Shown here: positions 39,857 to 49,663 of the stretch, in pieces
Layout: each line of letters begins with the position of its first letter
Numbering within the stretch: the first letter of the stretch is position 1
NCBI GenBank assembly: GCA_965203805.1
Contig: OZ241917.1
Location: 4,128,001-4,192,000, forward strand
Origin: Candidatus Latescibacterota bacterium
GTDB taxonomy: Bacteria > Latescibacterota > UBA2968 > GCA-2709665
DNA length: 64,000 nucleotides
Direction: 5' to 3'
Notes under the pieces: generated by a model
The model's input: the letters and a program-made list of their open reading frames with translations, nothing else
The model's database searches: none
Told to the model about the DNA's origin: nothing
Program-made: the position numbers and the translations under genes

Positions 39857-40087
39857 TCAGTTTTCTTCAAGTATTTGCGACAGTTGATTCAGAACTTCCT
39901 GCCATTCCTTTTTGACAAATTCAAAAAGCCCATTTGCTAGTTGGGGCAGGTCACCTCTGTTGTCCGCAAACCAACTCTCGTGGCGTTCCGATACACGATT
40001 GCGATACCCTGAACCTCTGCCCCATTGATCATCGCAACTAACCCAGTGTTTTCCATCGGGTTTCATATATCTGGTCTCAGGCGTCAC
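39857..40087 (-). pseudogene. 3' gene fragment abutting a REP cluster
   Basis: Lower-GC, protein-like 76 codons with no RBS; its 5' end joins repeat DNA. Confidence 0.35.
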
Positions 40088-40377
40088 CGTCCCGGCTGAT
40101 GCGATCCTTGAAGCACCACTATAAAGTGGGGCATTGTTGCGGTACCAGCCATCCTGCTTTCCATCGAGGGCAGGATGCCCTCGTTCCCGGCAAAAAGGCC
40201 GATGCGGGCGAGACGCCCGCGCTCCCAGGGGAGACTGGCCGTCGCGCGGCAGGCAGGCGCCGTCTTTGCATTTCTAGGGGCGACCGGCCGGTCGCCCCTA
40301 CAGCGGCGCACGGGCGGTTCGCGAACCGTTCCATCCTGTTCATCCATGTTGCATCCTTGACGTCACGCATGTCATCA

Positions 40378-41103
40378 TCAATTTTTCGGCTTGTAGTCGT
40401 CTCGCTCATAGTCGACAGGTCGGAAGCCCTTTTCAATGAGGCTGAAATCGCAACGTACTCGCATCCATGCCCGCGCGTATGTCAATACCGTATCAAGGTT
40501 CTGAACGCTCTGGACTTCCAGGTTTACACTTGCTCCCAGAAGACATCTGTAGTGCTTTCGCAAGATGCCGTCCACAATCTTCATGAGATCGTCAATCTCA
40601 GCGTCGTGTAAAGGATAGTCGCTTCCGATTGAATTCGTATTGTCGAAGTATTTCCTGTCCAAATGGACAATCGCTTTGTCTCTGTGCGCCTTTATTCGGT
40701 CTATGGCGTTCTCCTTTGCGTGCAGTTGGGCGATGTGATCATCTATTATGGCGCGATACGATTCGGGCTTTATTGGCTGAATTACTGAATGCGTTGTATA
40801 GTCACCTGTTGGCTTCATTGATTCGGCGTGTTCCCGCGCCTTATTCAACCAGTCTCGGAGCGACCTTTGCTCTGTCTGCGAGAGGAACATTGACAACTCG
40901 ACAAGAAAAATTCGCCATATACTGTACGTGGCATGCTGGAAGAAATAGTGACCAAGGTTGAAGGCATCAATGTTGTCAAGGGACAGCGGATTCGAGTTCC
41001 AGGTCGCAATGCTATTGAGTTGCTGGTCCAGGCTCTTGATGTTGAGATAGCGATAAATGAGCTTCTTGAAATAGTTCCGAAGTTCATCGTGCGGATTTTT
41101 CAT
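40378..41103 (-). CDS. HEPN domain protein, AbiU2-like
   Basis: All-helical, IKAHRDKAIVHLD (R..H HEPN-type motif); AGGAGG RBS before ATG 41103; lower GC. Confidence 0.7.
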   Translation of the reverse strand: MKNPHDELRNYFKKLIYRYLNIKSLDQQLNSIATWNSNPLSLDNIDAFNLGHYFFQHATYSIWRIFLVELSMFLSQTEQRSLRDWLNKAREHAESMKPTGDYTTHSVIQPIKPESYRAIIDDHIAQLHAKENAIDRIKAHRDKAIVHLDRKYFDNTNSIGSDYPLHDAEIDDLMKIVDGILRKHYRCLLGASVNLEVQSVQNLDTVLTYARAWMRVRCDFSLIEKGFRPVDYERDDYKPKN

Positions 41104-41450
41104 TAGTAACAACCTCCTATATGTGATTCGGGGATGCTGCGACCGCCATTTCTTCGCTGAATTATGTGTAGTCTTTCCGATGCCCCGATTGAAAAGCAGA
41201 CCACCGGCGCGGCGACCTGGCTTGCCCTGTATGCGCCCGTCTGTGCTGCAGGCACGCGCTGTCTTTGCATTGCACGGGCGGTTCGCGAACCGCCCCTTGC
41301 CGTTTCGTCAACGCGTTTGGATTTTCAAGGAACGCGTCAAAAAGGGATTGCTTGCGGCATCGTCGCGTTCTAACATAGTGTAGAGTGCATGGAAGTCGTC
41401 AAAACGGCCCGGGCTATTAACGGCGCCTTCAGCGCGAAAGAGGTGAGGTC

Positions 41451-42818
41451 GTGCGGAAAAATTGGATGGGCAACGTCGCAATCATCGTCCTGGCGCTGGT
41501 AAATGTCGCTCTGTGGGTTGCTTTCACGCCGGCCGATGATGGAACCCGGGAGGGGTACGGTCGTCGGCTATTCTCTGAGATTCTCAGTTCGACCGCGATG
41601 GTCCTGATGGCATCCGCCCTGTTCCTTTCGACCCGGCCGCGGTACCTTGAATCATTCTTCGGCGGCCTGGACAAGATGTATCACGCCCACAAGAACGCGG
41701 CGATGGCAGCCCTTCTGCTGGTCGTGGCCCACTTTCTGATCATGCCCCTGGGCGGCGATGATGATGAATTAGAAGAAGCCGCTGAATCTTTATCGCCCTT
41801 TGTGGAGTTCCTGGCCGATATCTTCGGCGCGTCGCCCGTCCTGGAAAGCCTGGGCGAGGTCCTGGGCCTGGTCGCCTTTGCCGGGCTTCTCGCGCTGGTC
41901 CTGCTGACCGTTGCGCCGAGATTGCCTCTGATCGGGTCATTTACCCGCTTCTCCTACAGCAGATGGCTCAAGACACACAAGTTCATAGGAATCTTCTTCA
42001 TCATCGGGTTTTTTCACTCATTGACGGTTGACGCCCTTGTTCTCGCCGAACCGGTTCTCCTCGTCTATTTGACCGCCGCCTCTATCGTGGGAGCGATCTG
42101 TTATCTGTACACGGAAATACTGGCCGTCTTTTTCAGGAAGAGGTTCTCGTTTGTCGTGGAAGCCGTCCGAAGACTGAACGGAACCACTATGGAAGTAGCG
42201 CTGAAACCGCTGGCGGAAAAGCCGCGCTTCACGGCGGGACAGTTCGCCTTTGTGAGTTTTCCAGGCGATAAGGCGATGAAAGAACCCCATCCTTTCACGG
42301 TATGCTCTTCTCCCAATGAAGAAAATATGCGTTTTGCGATTAAGGCTTCCGGCGATTGGACGCGGCAGCTGAACGCCCACCTGCAGTGCGGGGCTCGGGC
42401 GAGGGTGGACGGCTGCTACGGCAGATTCAACTATAAAACGGGCGGTCGGGAACAGATATGGATCGCCGGCGGCATTGGAATCACCCCCTTCATGAGTTGG
42501 ATCCGGGATTTCGAGGACGGGCCCGATGCCGACGTGGAGATGTTTTACACGGTTCGCGGTGAAGGGGATTTGCTGTTTTCGGATGAGATCGCATCGGCTG
42601 GCAGCCGATATGATCATTTCCGTCACCATATCAAGGTTTCATCTCAGGACGGCAACCTTACAGTCGAAGAGATCGCGTCCCGGTGCCAGGGCGAAATCAG
42701 GGACAGGCACGTTTATATGTGCGGGCCAATTGCCATGATGGATTCAATGGAACGCCAATTCAAGAAAATGCGCGTGCCCGCTGAAAATATCCACTACGAA
42801 GAATTCAACTTCCGTTAG
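41451..42818 (+). CDS. Ferric reductase-like transmembrane oxidoreductase (bacterial NOX-like)
   Basis: TM helices with paired His, HPFT (FAD), AGGIGITPF (NAD), MCGP, C-terminal EEFNFR. Confidence 0.92.
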   Translation: MRKNWMGNVAIIVLALVNVALWVAFTPADDGTREGYGRRLFSEILSSTAMVLMASALFLSTRPRYLESFFGGLDKMYHAHKNAAMAALLLVVAHFLIMPLGGDDDELEEAAESLSPFVEFLADIFGASPVLESLGEVLGLVAFAGLLALVLLTVAPRLPLIGSFTRFSYSRWLKTHKFIGIFFIIGFFHSLTVDALVLAEPVLLVYLTAASIVGAICYLYTEILAVFFRKRFSFVVEAVRRLNGTTMEVALKPLAEKPRFTAGQFAFVSFPGDKAMKEPHPFTVCSSPNEENMRFAIKASGDWTRQLNAHLQCGARARVDGCYGRFNYKTGGREQIWIAGGIGITPFMSWIRDFEDGPDADVEMFYTVRGEGDLLFSDEIASAGSRYDHFRHHIKVSSQDGNLTVEEIASRCQGEIRDRHVYMCGPIAMMDSMERQFKKMRVPAENIHYEEFNFR

Positions 42819-42965
42819 AAGCTACTTGGCCCCATTCATTCATGAGACGGAACAAACATGGATGGACAGGATGAAAACCAAAAGCACGAGAAAACGAACA
42901 TCAGAAACTACGAAACACGCGAAAAAAACGAAAAATCCGTGGCTGAAATCAATTGCCACAAGAGG

Positions 42966-42992
42966 CCTGCCTGCATGCGACGCACAGGCAGG
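42966..42992. mobile_element. 27-nt micro-insertion element
   Basis: CCTGCCTGCATGCGACGCACAGGCAGG at a G^C step after CCACAAGAGG. Confidence 0.75.
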
Positions 42993-43123
42993 CGTCAAGG
43001 TTGCATTTGTAGGGGCGACCGGCCGGTCGCCCCTACATAAAGGCATGCATCCGCCCTCCGTATCCATTTTTTCGATTTCGCCGAGACTGGCTACGGTCGG
43101 CCGGTGTCCTTGACCAACTGAGA

Positions 43124-43423
43124 TTACCGATACCCATTCTGTCTTCCCCGTCGCAGCGCGCGTTTCTGGTCCGCGGGGAGTGAGGGATAGGCCGTGATGA
43201 CGCGTTCGTCTCGGATGACGACCTTGCGATTCTTAAGCCGTTCCAGCGTCTGAATCTCCCGTTTTCGGTTCGCGATCTCGCGCGCGACGTCCTGCCTTCG
43301 CATCAGCCACGTATCCCTGTCGACCGGTGTACCGAATTGCTGAATCAGCCGGATATCTCTTCCGCGAAAGCCCCGCTGCTGGGTGCGCGTCCGGCCGTGG
43401 CGGGTGTAGGCGATGGCGCTCAT
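43124..43423 (-). CDS. DUF4258-like small basic protein (putative toxin)
   Basis: YTRHGRTRTQQRG..DI and VV....VITAY termini; ATGA-coupled to the upstream XRE gene. Confidence 0.7.
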   Translation of the reverse strand: MSAIAYTRHGRTRTQQRGFRGRDIRLIQQFGTPVDRDTWLMRRQDVAREIANRKREIQTLERLKNRKVVIRDERVITAYPSLPADQKRALRRGRQNGYR

Positions 43424-44460
43424 TGTTCGTCTCCTTCGTTTTCGGTTTCGGGCTTGCTCATTCCAGGCTCATTCTCTTCTAACATCTTTTTTGTTTTCGA
43501 GCTTACCAGAACCGGGGCTAATTCCTTCAGGAAATCTGCCAATTCCTCCTCATTCATGCCGCTGAATTTCTCGGACATTCTGTCTTCAAGCCACTTCTGA
43601 CGCTCTTCGTGTTTGGCTTCCTCCATCAATTCCTCAGGTACCTCGGACAGCCGCAAGAATCCCATTTCCAGGGCCGCCCTGCCAACAGGGGACGCGTTGG
43701 TGATCCTGTCCAGTTCCTCGTCGCAGATACCGTAGTACGGGAACCTGAATTCCACCCGAAAGTCGAGTTCGCCATCGTCCACCGTAACGGACTCGGGAAT
43801 ATCGAGGTCGGCGGCCAATATGTGCAAATAATCTGCGAATGGGTTTTCTTCACTCAGATCGAAAAAGTTACGATCGACAAGTGTGCCATCCGGGTCGTCG
43901 AGCAGACGTTTGCCGAATAGATCGGCCCTGCGGATGGATTCTTCTTCTCGATCGACCCCATGGTACACGGCCTCGTGAAGGCCGGTATCCAGCCCCCCCC
44001 GCCAGTACCCGCCGATCTGTTCCAATTGCCGGATTGCCTCTCGCGCTTCTTTTAATTTCTCTCGCCGCCAGGCGAGGCTGCCCTCGGCCAGAAGGGTGAA
44101 CAACAGCGGCGCCATGGTGATTACATCGGTTGCGGTGACGCCGTATCGGCGTTTTATAAGGTCATAAGCGAGTCGGGCTTTGGGGGCGATCTGCGCGCCG
44201 ATACGGACCGGGTCCGGCTCGGTGTCCGGGACCCTATCGGCGTCCGGCATGTCCAACTCGCCTGTGAGCACACCCGGTTCGACGTCGAGTGCTTTGGCGA
44301 GACGGAGCACGGTGTCTTCTCGCGTCGTTTTGCATTTATCAGGTTCTTTTTCCAGGCGTTGAACTGTCCGCGCATTGATACCAGCCATATCTGCAAGCCG
44401 CTGGATTGACAAGGGTTTCGATTTACGCAATCTGCGCAAACATTCATGATCTATTTTCAT
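43420..44460 (-). CDS. XRE-family HTH protein with large acidic C-terminal domain
   Basis: LRRLRKSKPLSIQRLADMAGINARTVQRLE..LAKALDV; AGGAG RBS before ATG 44460. Confidence 0.85.
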   Translation of the reverse strand: MKIDHECLRRLRKSKPLSIQRLADMAGINARTVQRLEKEPDKCKTTREDTVLRLAKALDVEPGVLTGELDMPDADRVPDTEPDPVRIGAQIAPKARLAYDLIKRRYGVTATDVITMAPLLFTLLAEGSLAWRREKLKEAREAIRQLEQIGGYWRGGLDTGLHEAVYHGVDREEESIRRADLFGKRLLDDPDGTLVDRNFFDLSEENPFADYLHILAADLDIPESVTVDDGELDFRVEFRFPYYGICDEELDRITNASPVGRAALEMGFLRLSEVPEELMEEAKHEERQKWLEDRMSEKFSGMNEEELADFLKELAPVLVSSKTKKMLEENEPGMSKPETENEGDEQ

Positions 44461-44893
44461 TGGGAAGCTCCTTCGGTTGATTGTCGCGAAGCCCGATTCA
44501 ATTGACACAAATAAAATACCTTGAAAAAATACAAATTACAAGAGGGTATATATTGAAATAATCAAGAAAACTTAAATATTAAATAGGCTATATTTGATAA
44601 AATGTCGGGATTCACGTCCTGCGATCAGGATTCGGCATCCTGCCGAAACGATTTGGTGCAGACATACCCGGACATTTCGTTACCGTACGCAACGAACGGT
44701 ATTCCTCAATGAATGGCAAGCCGGCGACCGGTCGATGAACCGCTGTTTTTCTCTCCCTCTCCCCCGGGAGAGGTCCGCGCCCCGCTGCATGACTTTCTCG
44801 CCGGCGTGACGGCTTTTGTTTATCATGCGGTATATATCCCCGTGCAGGTCGTTTGTGAGCCGTCTCGCCACTCGCTGATTGAACGACAATCTT

Positions 44894-46864
44894 ATGCCTC
44901 GTGAAGGTCCCCCAAGAATTCGCAATCTCGGTATCCTCGCACACGTCGATGCCGGCAAGACGACCCTGACTGAGAATTTGCTGTTTCTCAGCGGCGCCAT
45001 CCGTTCTCCCGGAAATGTCGACAAAGGGACCAGCCTCTCCGATGCGCTCGACGTGGAAAGGCGGCGAGGGATCTCGGTCCGGGCATCGTCGATGTCATTC
45101 GAGTGGGAGGGCGTGAGGATCAACCTGATCGATACGCCGGGGCACGTCGATTTCTCCGCCGAAGTCGAACGGTCGCTTCGGGTGCTGGATTGCGCCGTGC
45201 TCGTTCTTTCCGCGGTCGAAGGCATCCAGGCCCAGACGGAGACTATATGGGCCGCGCTGGAAGCGCTGAACATACCTGTCATCCTGTTCGTGAACAAACT
45301 GGATCGGATCGGCGCGGATACGGCGAGGGTCGTCGATGATCTGAAGCGTCGTTTTTCACGCGACGTGATTCCGGTCAATCAGCCGGAGAAGGAAGGCGAA
45401 TCGGACGCTGGTATCGCCAGTCTGAACCCGGACGGTCAAACCGCCCTCACAGAGAGCGTCGCGGCGAAGGACGATGTGCTCCTGGAGCGATTCCTGAACG
45501 AAAAGCCGATTTCACGAGCAGAGATCGAGAAGGTGATTGCGGCTTGCACGGCAAAGAGAGAACTGTTTCCCATGCTCTGCGGCGTGGCAAAGAACATGAT
45601 CGGAACGGAGGAACTGCTGGGAAAGATCGTGGCCTGGTTCCCCGATGCGGATGCCGACGACTCACGTCCGCCTTCCGGTGTGGTGTTCAAGCTCGACCAC
45701 GATCCGAAACTTGGGCGCATCGCCGGCGTTCGCCTCTATGCAGGACGACTCCAAAACAGGGATATCATCCGGAACGTTACGGCGGATCGCGACGAGAAGA
45801 TTACGCAGATCAAGAAATCCTATCTCAATCGATACGAGGACACGAGTGCCCTCTCCGCCGGCGACATCGGTTTCTTGTGCGGGATGCCTGAGGCGAAGAT
45901 CGGCGACGTCCTGGGCGACCCGGGTTCCATCCCCGGGTCCTGCGAACTCGGAGAGCCCCTGCTGTCGGTTCAGGCAATCCCGGTAGACGAGGCGGATCAT
46001 TCCCGGCTGGCCGCGGCGCTGCAACAGTTGTCGAGCGAAGACCCTCGCCTCAACTACACGTGGTTCGAGGATGAACGCGAACTGCACGTGAGGATCATGG
46101 GCCCTGTTCAGGCGGAAATCCTGAAGGAAATGCTCGATGCGCGATTCGGCATCCAGGCGCGGTTCAATGACCCGATGGTCATTTACAAGGAGACGCCTGC
46201 TTCCGTTGGATACGGTATCGAGCGCTACACGATGCCGAAACCGTGTTGGGCCATCGTGAAGTATCGGATCGAACCGGGCGAGCCGGGAAGCGGTGTCGTT
46301 TATTCGTCACAGGTCGGCGTCAACGATATCAAGGCACGATTTCAGAAGGAGATCGAAAGATCGATCGAGGGCGCGCTCAGGCAGGGAATCAAGGGATGGG
46401 AAGTCACGGATCTGAAGATTACCCTGGTGGAGGGAAGCGATCACGTTCTGCACAGCCGCGCGGGCAATTTCAAACTGGCAACCAATATCGCGGTGCTGAA
46501 AGGGCTGACCGCGACCGGGTCGATTCTGCTCGAACCGATACTGTCGTTCAAAATCTCGGTGGCCGAGGCCTACGTTGGAAGAATCACGTCCGATATCATC
46601 AACGCGCGCGGCGCCTTCGATCCCATAGAGGCAGACGGAGGTGCGCTATCGGTTACGGGACGAGTACCCCTGGCGACTTCAATGGACTATCCCATCCGGC
46701 TGAACTCGTTGACTGGCGGAACGGCGAAATTCTCCTTCAAGTACGACGGATATGAGCCGTGCCCGCCGGGCGTGGGCGTCGTGCGGCCCTACAAGGGGAT
46801 ATCGCCGCTGGACCGGGCGAAGTACATCCTGAAGATGCGAGGGGCGGTAACGGAAGCCGTTTGA
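44894..46864 (+). CDS. TetM/TetO-like ribosomal protection-type translational GTPase
   Basis: AHVDAGKTT, ERRRGIS, DTPGH, NKLD, EF-G-like domains II-V, VIYKET, KPCWA, GIKGWEVTD, RPP-type C-terminal extension. Confidence 0.88.
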   Translation: MPREGPPRIRNLGILAHVDAGKTTLTENLLFLSGAIRSPGNVDKGTSLSDALDVERRRGISVRASSMSFEWEGVRINLIDTPGHVDFSAEVERSLRVLDCAVLVLSAVEGIQAQTETIWAALEALNIPVILFVNKLDRIGADTARVVDDLKRRFSRDVIPVNQPEKEGESDAGIASLNPDGQTALTESVAAKDDVLLERFLNEKPISRAEIEKVIAACTAKRELFPMLCGVAKNMIGTEELLGKIVAWFPDADADDSRPPSGVVFKLDHDPKLGRIAGVRLYAGRLQNRDIIRNVTADRDEKITQIKKSYLNRYEDTSALSAGDIGFLCGMPEAKIGDVLGDPGSIPGSCELGEPLLSVQAIPVDEADHSRLAAALQQLSSEDPRLNYTWFEDERELHVRIMGPVQAEILKEMLDARFGIQARFNDPMVIYKETPASVGYGIERYTMPKPCWAIVKYRIEPGEPGSGVVYSSQVGVNDIKARFQKEIERSIEGALRQGIKGWEVTDLKITLVEGSDHVLHSRAGNFKLATNIAVLKGLTATGSILLEPILSFKISVAEAYVGRITSDIINARGAFDPIEADGGALSVTGRVPLATSMDYPIRLNSLTGGTAKFSFKYDGYEPCPPGVGVVRPYKGISPLDRAKYILKMRGAVTEAV

Positions 46865-47105
46865 AGCTATTGCCGGGTATCAGGGAGGCACGGGGCGTGA
46901 GGGACCAAGAAGCGGGGAGACGTGAGCCGGGAGCCGGGAGATGACGTCCTTGCCCAATTGGTTCTTCCTTTGAGCCACAGGCAAGAAATCAATCCGCACG
47001 GGGCAAGCGATCTCTCCCCTCTTCCGTCTTCAGTCTTTCCGCCTTTTGATGGTTGTGTTTCCCTTTGTGTCTTTGTGCCTTTGTGTGAGCTGGTTTTCGT
47101 TTTTC

Positions 47106-47141
47106 TGACCACTGACCACTGATCGCTGACCGCTAACAGCT
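47106..47141 (+). repeat. Heptamer tandem repeat (CTGACCA/CTGATCG/CTAACAG)
   Basis: CTGACCA CTGACCA CTGATCG CTGACCG CTAACAG. Similar short tandem repeats occur at ~12142, ~27682, ~56122 and ~60835. Confidence 0.7.
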
Positions 47142-47310
47142 GTTAGCCGACTTTCCCCTCGCCAGAAACCCCTTGTTCCATCTGCCGGAATCAGATATAC
47201 TCCCGTTCGCCCTCGTGATACCCCAAACCCGCTGCGATGGGCGCGTTCCGTGACGGTAGAACGACCCGTCCCGGCGCCGCGCCGTCGCGGTGTTCTCTTT
47301 TGTACCGTGG

Positions 47311-48114
47311 ATGCAAAACTCACCCGTTATTACCGTTGAAAATGCGTGCAAGACCTTTGCCGGGGACCGAGGCGAGGTCCAGGCCCTGGACGGCTTCGAT
47401 ATGGCCGTGCGGGAAGGGCAGTTCGTCTCCATCGTCGGTCCCAGCGGCTGCGGCAAGAGCACCCTGCTCTGGGCCATGGCGGCGCTCTGGCCGCTTTCCG
47501 ACGGGAAGATTACCGTCAATGGGCGGGAGGTCCTGGAACCGCGGCGGGAAATCGGTATGGTCTTCCAGACCTCCAACCTGCTGCCGTGGCGCAATCTGCT
47601 GCAGAATATCCGGTTTCCGTTCGAGATTATGAGGGAAGATCCGGAACAATACCGGGACCGTATCGACGAGTTGATCGAAATCACCGCCCTGAAGGGTTTC
47701 GAGCGTCACTATCCGGGCGAACTCTCGGGCGGCATGCAGCAGCGGGCGTCCATCGTCCGGGCGCTGGCATACGACCCCGGGGTCCTGCTGATGGACGAGC
47801 CCTTCGGCGCCCTGGATGCCTTCACCCGGGACGAAATGAACCTGATGCTCCTCAACATCTGGGAGCAGTCCCGCAAAACCATCGTCTTCGTCACCCATCA
47901 GATTCCGGAAGCCGTCTACCTCTCGGACCGGGTCTACGTGATGACCCCGCGCCCGGGCCGGAACTCGAAAATCTACGACATCGACTTGCCCCGCCCGCGC
48001 CCGTTATCCGTTACCGCCGAACCCCATTTCTTTGAAATCGTCGCCGAAATCAAACAGACCATCTTCCACGACGTCCAGAACGACGCCGCGCCGGCGTTGA
48101 CGTTGCATTCGTAG
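47311..48114 (+). CDS. ABC transporter ATP-binding protein (NitT/TauT family)
   Basis: GPSGCGKS, LLPWR, LSGGMQQR, LLMDEPFGALD, FVTH. Confidence 0.96.
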   Translation: MQNSPVITVENACKTFAGDRGEVQALDGFDMAVREGQFVSIVGPSGCGKSTLLWAMAALWPLSDGKITVNGREVLEPRREIGMVFQTSNLLPWRNLLQNIRFPFEIMREDPEQYRDRIDELIEITALKGFERHYPGELSGGMQQRASIVRALAYDPGVLLMDEPFGALDAFTRDEMNLMLLNIWEQSRKTIVFVTHQIPEAVYLSDRVYVMTPRPGRNSKIYDIDLPRPRPLSVTAEPHFFEIVAEIKQTIFHDVQNDAAPALTLHS

Positions 48115-48471
48115 GGGCAACCCTTGTGGTTGCCCGTCTTTCGGTCGTTTCCGGTTTCCCTTTGCGTCTTCGTGTCTTTGTGTGAGTTGATCGCTGACAG
48201 CTTTCATTAATGGTTCGACCTATGGTGAATTATTCACGAAAACCCATGGTTTTGGTGTATAACGGGTTGTTTTTCAATAAATTCAGCGAAGTATTATGCG
48301 ACAGCATTTCATGAATTACAAAATTGATTGGTCAGGGTGATGTTTCGTAGCCCACGGAGGCAAGGATCCATCGGTTTGGCCCGAAATCGTGAGCATTTGT
48401 CCTGCTCTTGGTCTTTATCCTGTTCATCCTGTCCATCCATGTAAGTTCATGTTTAGTGAATTATTCAGGCT

Positions 48472-49272
48472 ATGACCGATAATCGCGAAAAACAACCCAT
48501 CAACTGGTCCGCGCTGACTTCGATGCGTTTCGCCGGCGTACAGGTGGCCGTGATCGTGGGTGTGGCGGTGGCTGTCGTGGCGGCATCCGAACTCGTGGTC
48601 CGCGCGTGGGACATCCCGTCCTACGTCTTCCCGCTTCCCAGCGAGATCGCTACCGCCCTGTACCGGTCCTTTCCGCTACTCTGGCCGCACCTGCTCGTTA
48701 CGCTTCAGGAACTGGGCCTGGGATACGTTACCGGGGCGGTCGCGGGCATCCTCCTGGCTGCGCTGATCACCCAGTTTCCGTTCGTGGAAAAGATCGTCAC
48801 GCCGTATATCCTGATTCTGGTCACCACGCCCATGCTCGCCCTGGTGCCGCTGCTGATCCTCAAATTCGGCTTCGGCCAGACGCCCCGGGTCATCGCGGTG
48901 GCGCTCGCCGTCGGCCCAATGGTCATGATCAACGCCGCCACCGGCTTCCGCCGGACCGACCTGGCGAAGATCGCGCTGGCCCGCTCGTACGGCGCCTCGA
49001 CGCTCCAGATTTTCCGCAAGGTCCGCTTTCCGCTCGCGCTGCCGATGATCATTGTCGGCCTGATGGTCGGCGGCATCTTCGGCCTGCTGACCGCGATCGG
49101 CGCGGAGATGGTGGGCGGCGGGTCCGGCCTTGGCAATCGCCTGGTCTATTACTCCTCGCTCGCGCGCATGGCCAGCTTTTTCGCAGTGATCATTCTCATT
49201 GCCGCGATCGGGATCGGCCTGTACGTCGCCTTTTACCTGATCGGCAAGAAGTGGGCGAATTGGGAAAATTAG
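48472..49272 (+). CDS. ABC transporter permease (NitT/TauT family)
   Basis: FPLPSEI, six TM helices, ARSYGAS..QIFRKVRFPLALP loop. Confidence 0.95.
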   Translation: MTDNREKQPINWSALTSMRFAGVQVAVIVGVAVAVVAASELVVRAWDIPSYVFPLPSEIATALYRSFPLLWPHLLVTLQELGLGYVTGAVAGILLAALITQFPFVEKIVTPYILILVTTPMLALVPLLILKFGFGQTPRVIAVALAVGPMVMINAATGFRRTDLAKIALARSYGASTLQIFRKVRFPLALPMIIVGLMVGGIFGLLTAIGAEMVGGGSGLGNRLVYYSSLARMASFFAVIILIAAIGIGLYVAFYLIGKKWANWEN

Positions 49273-49418
49273 CCGATTGAAAGCGAAATCAGGACAAACA
49301 TGGATGGACAGGATAGACAGGATGAAAACCAAAAAGCACGAGAAAACGAACATCAGAAACTACGAAATACACGAAAAAACGCGAAAAATAGGTGGCTGAA
49401 GTTCGTTACCACAAGGGG

Positions 49419-49481
49419 CCTGCCTGCAGCGCCTGTCTGCGTGCGTACACGCACAGGCAGGCAGGGCACTGCGCAGGCGGG
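49419..49481. mobile_element. Nested micro-insertion elements (inner 49432-49461)
   Basis: CCTGCCTGCAGCG[CCTGTCTGCGTGCGTACACGCACAGGCAGG]CAGGGCACTGCGCAGGCGGG inside CCACAAGGGG^CACAAAAA. Confidence 0.75.
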
Positions 49482-49663
49482 CACAAAAACAGCTAATCTG
49501 TTACAGGGCGTATAGCCGATAGACAAGGAATACCCTGCAGGGTCACGGCGTTACGACACACGACGTTTGGCGTTTATACCTTTTGTGCTTTTTGTGGCTG
49601 AATTAGCGCTTATCTTTTTCGCATTGAGGTTAAGTATACCGTTACCATAAGGGAGGAAAGCAC

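Noticed and set aside
39700-41400. Integron cassette array
   Set aside because: No integrase and no convincing attC (RYYYAAC...GTTRRRY with internal boxes) between the genes.
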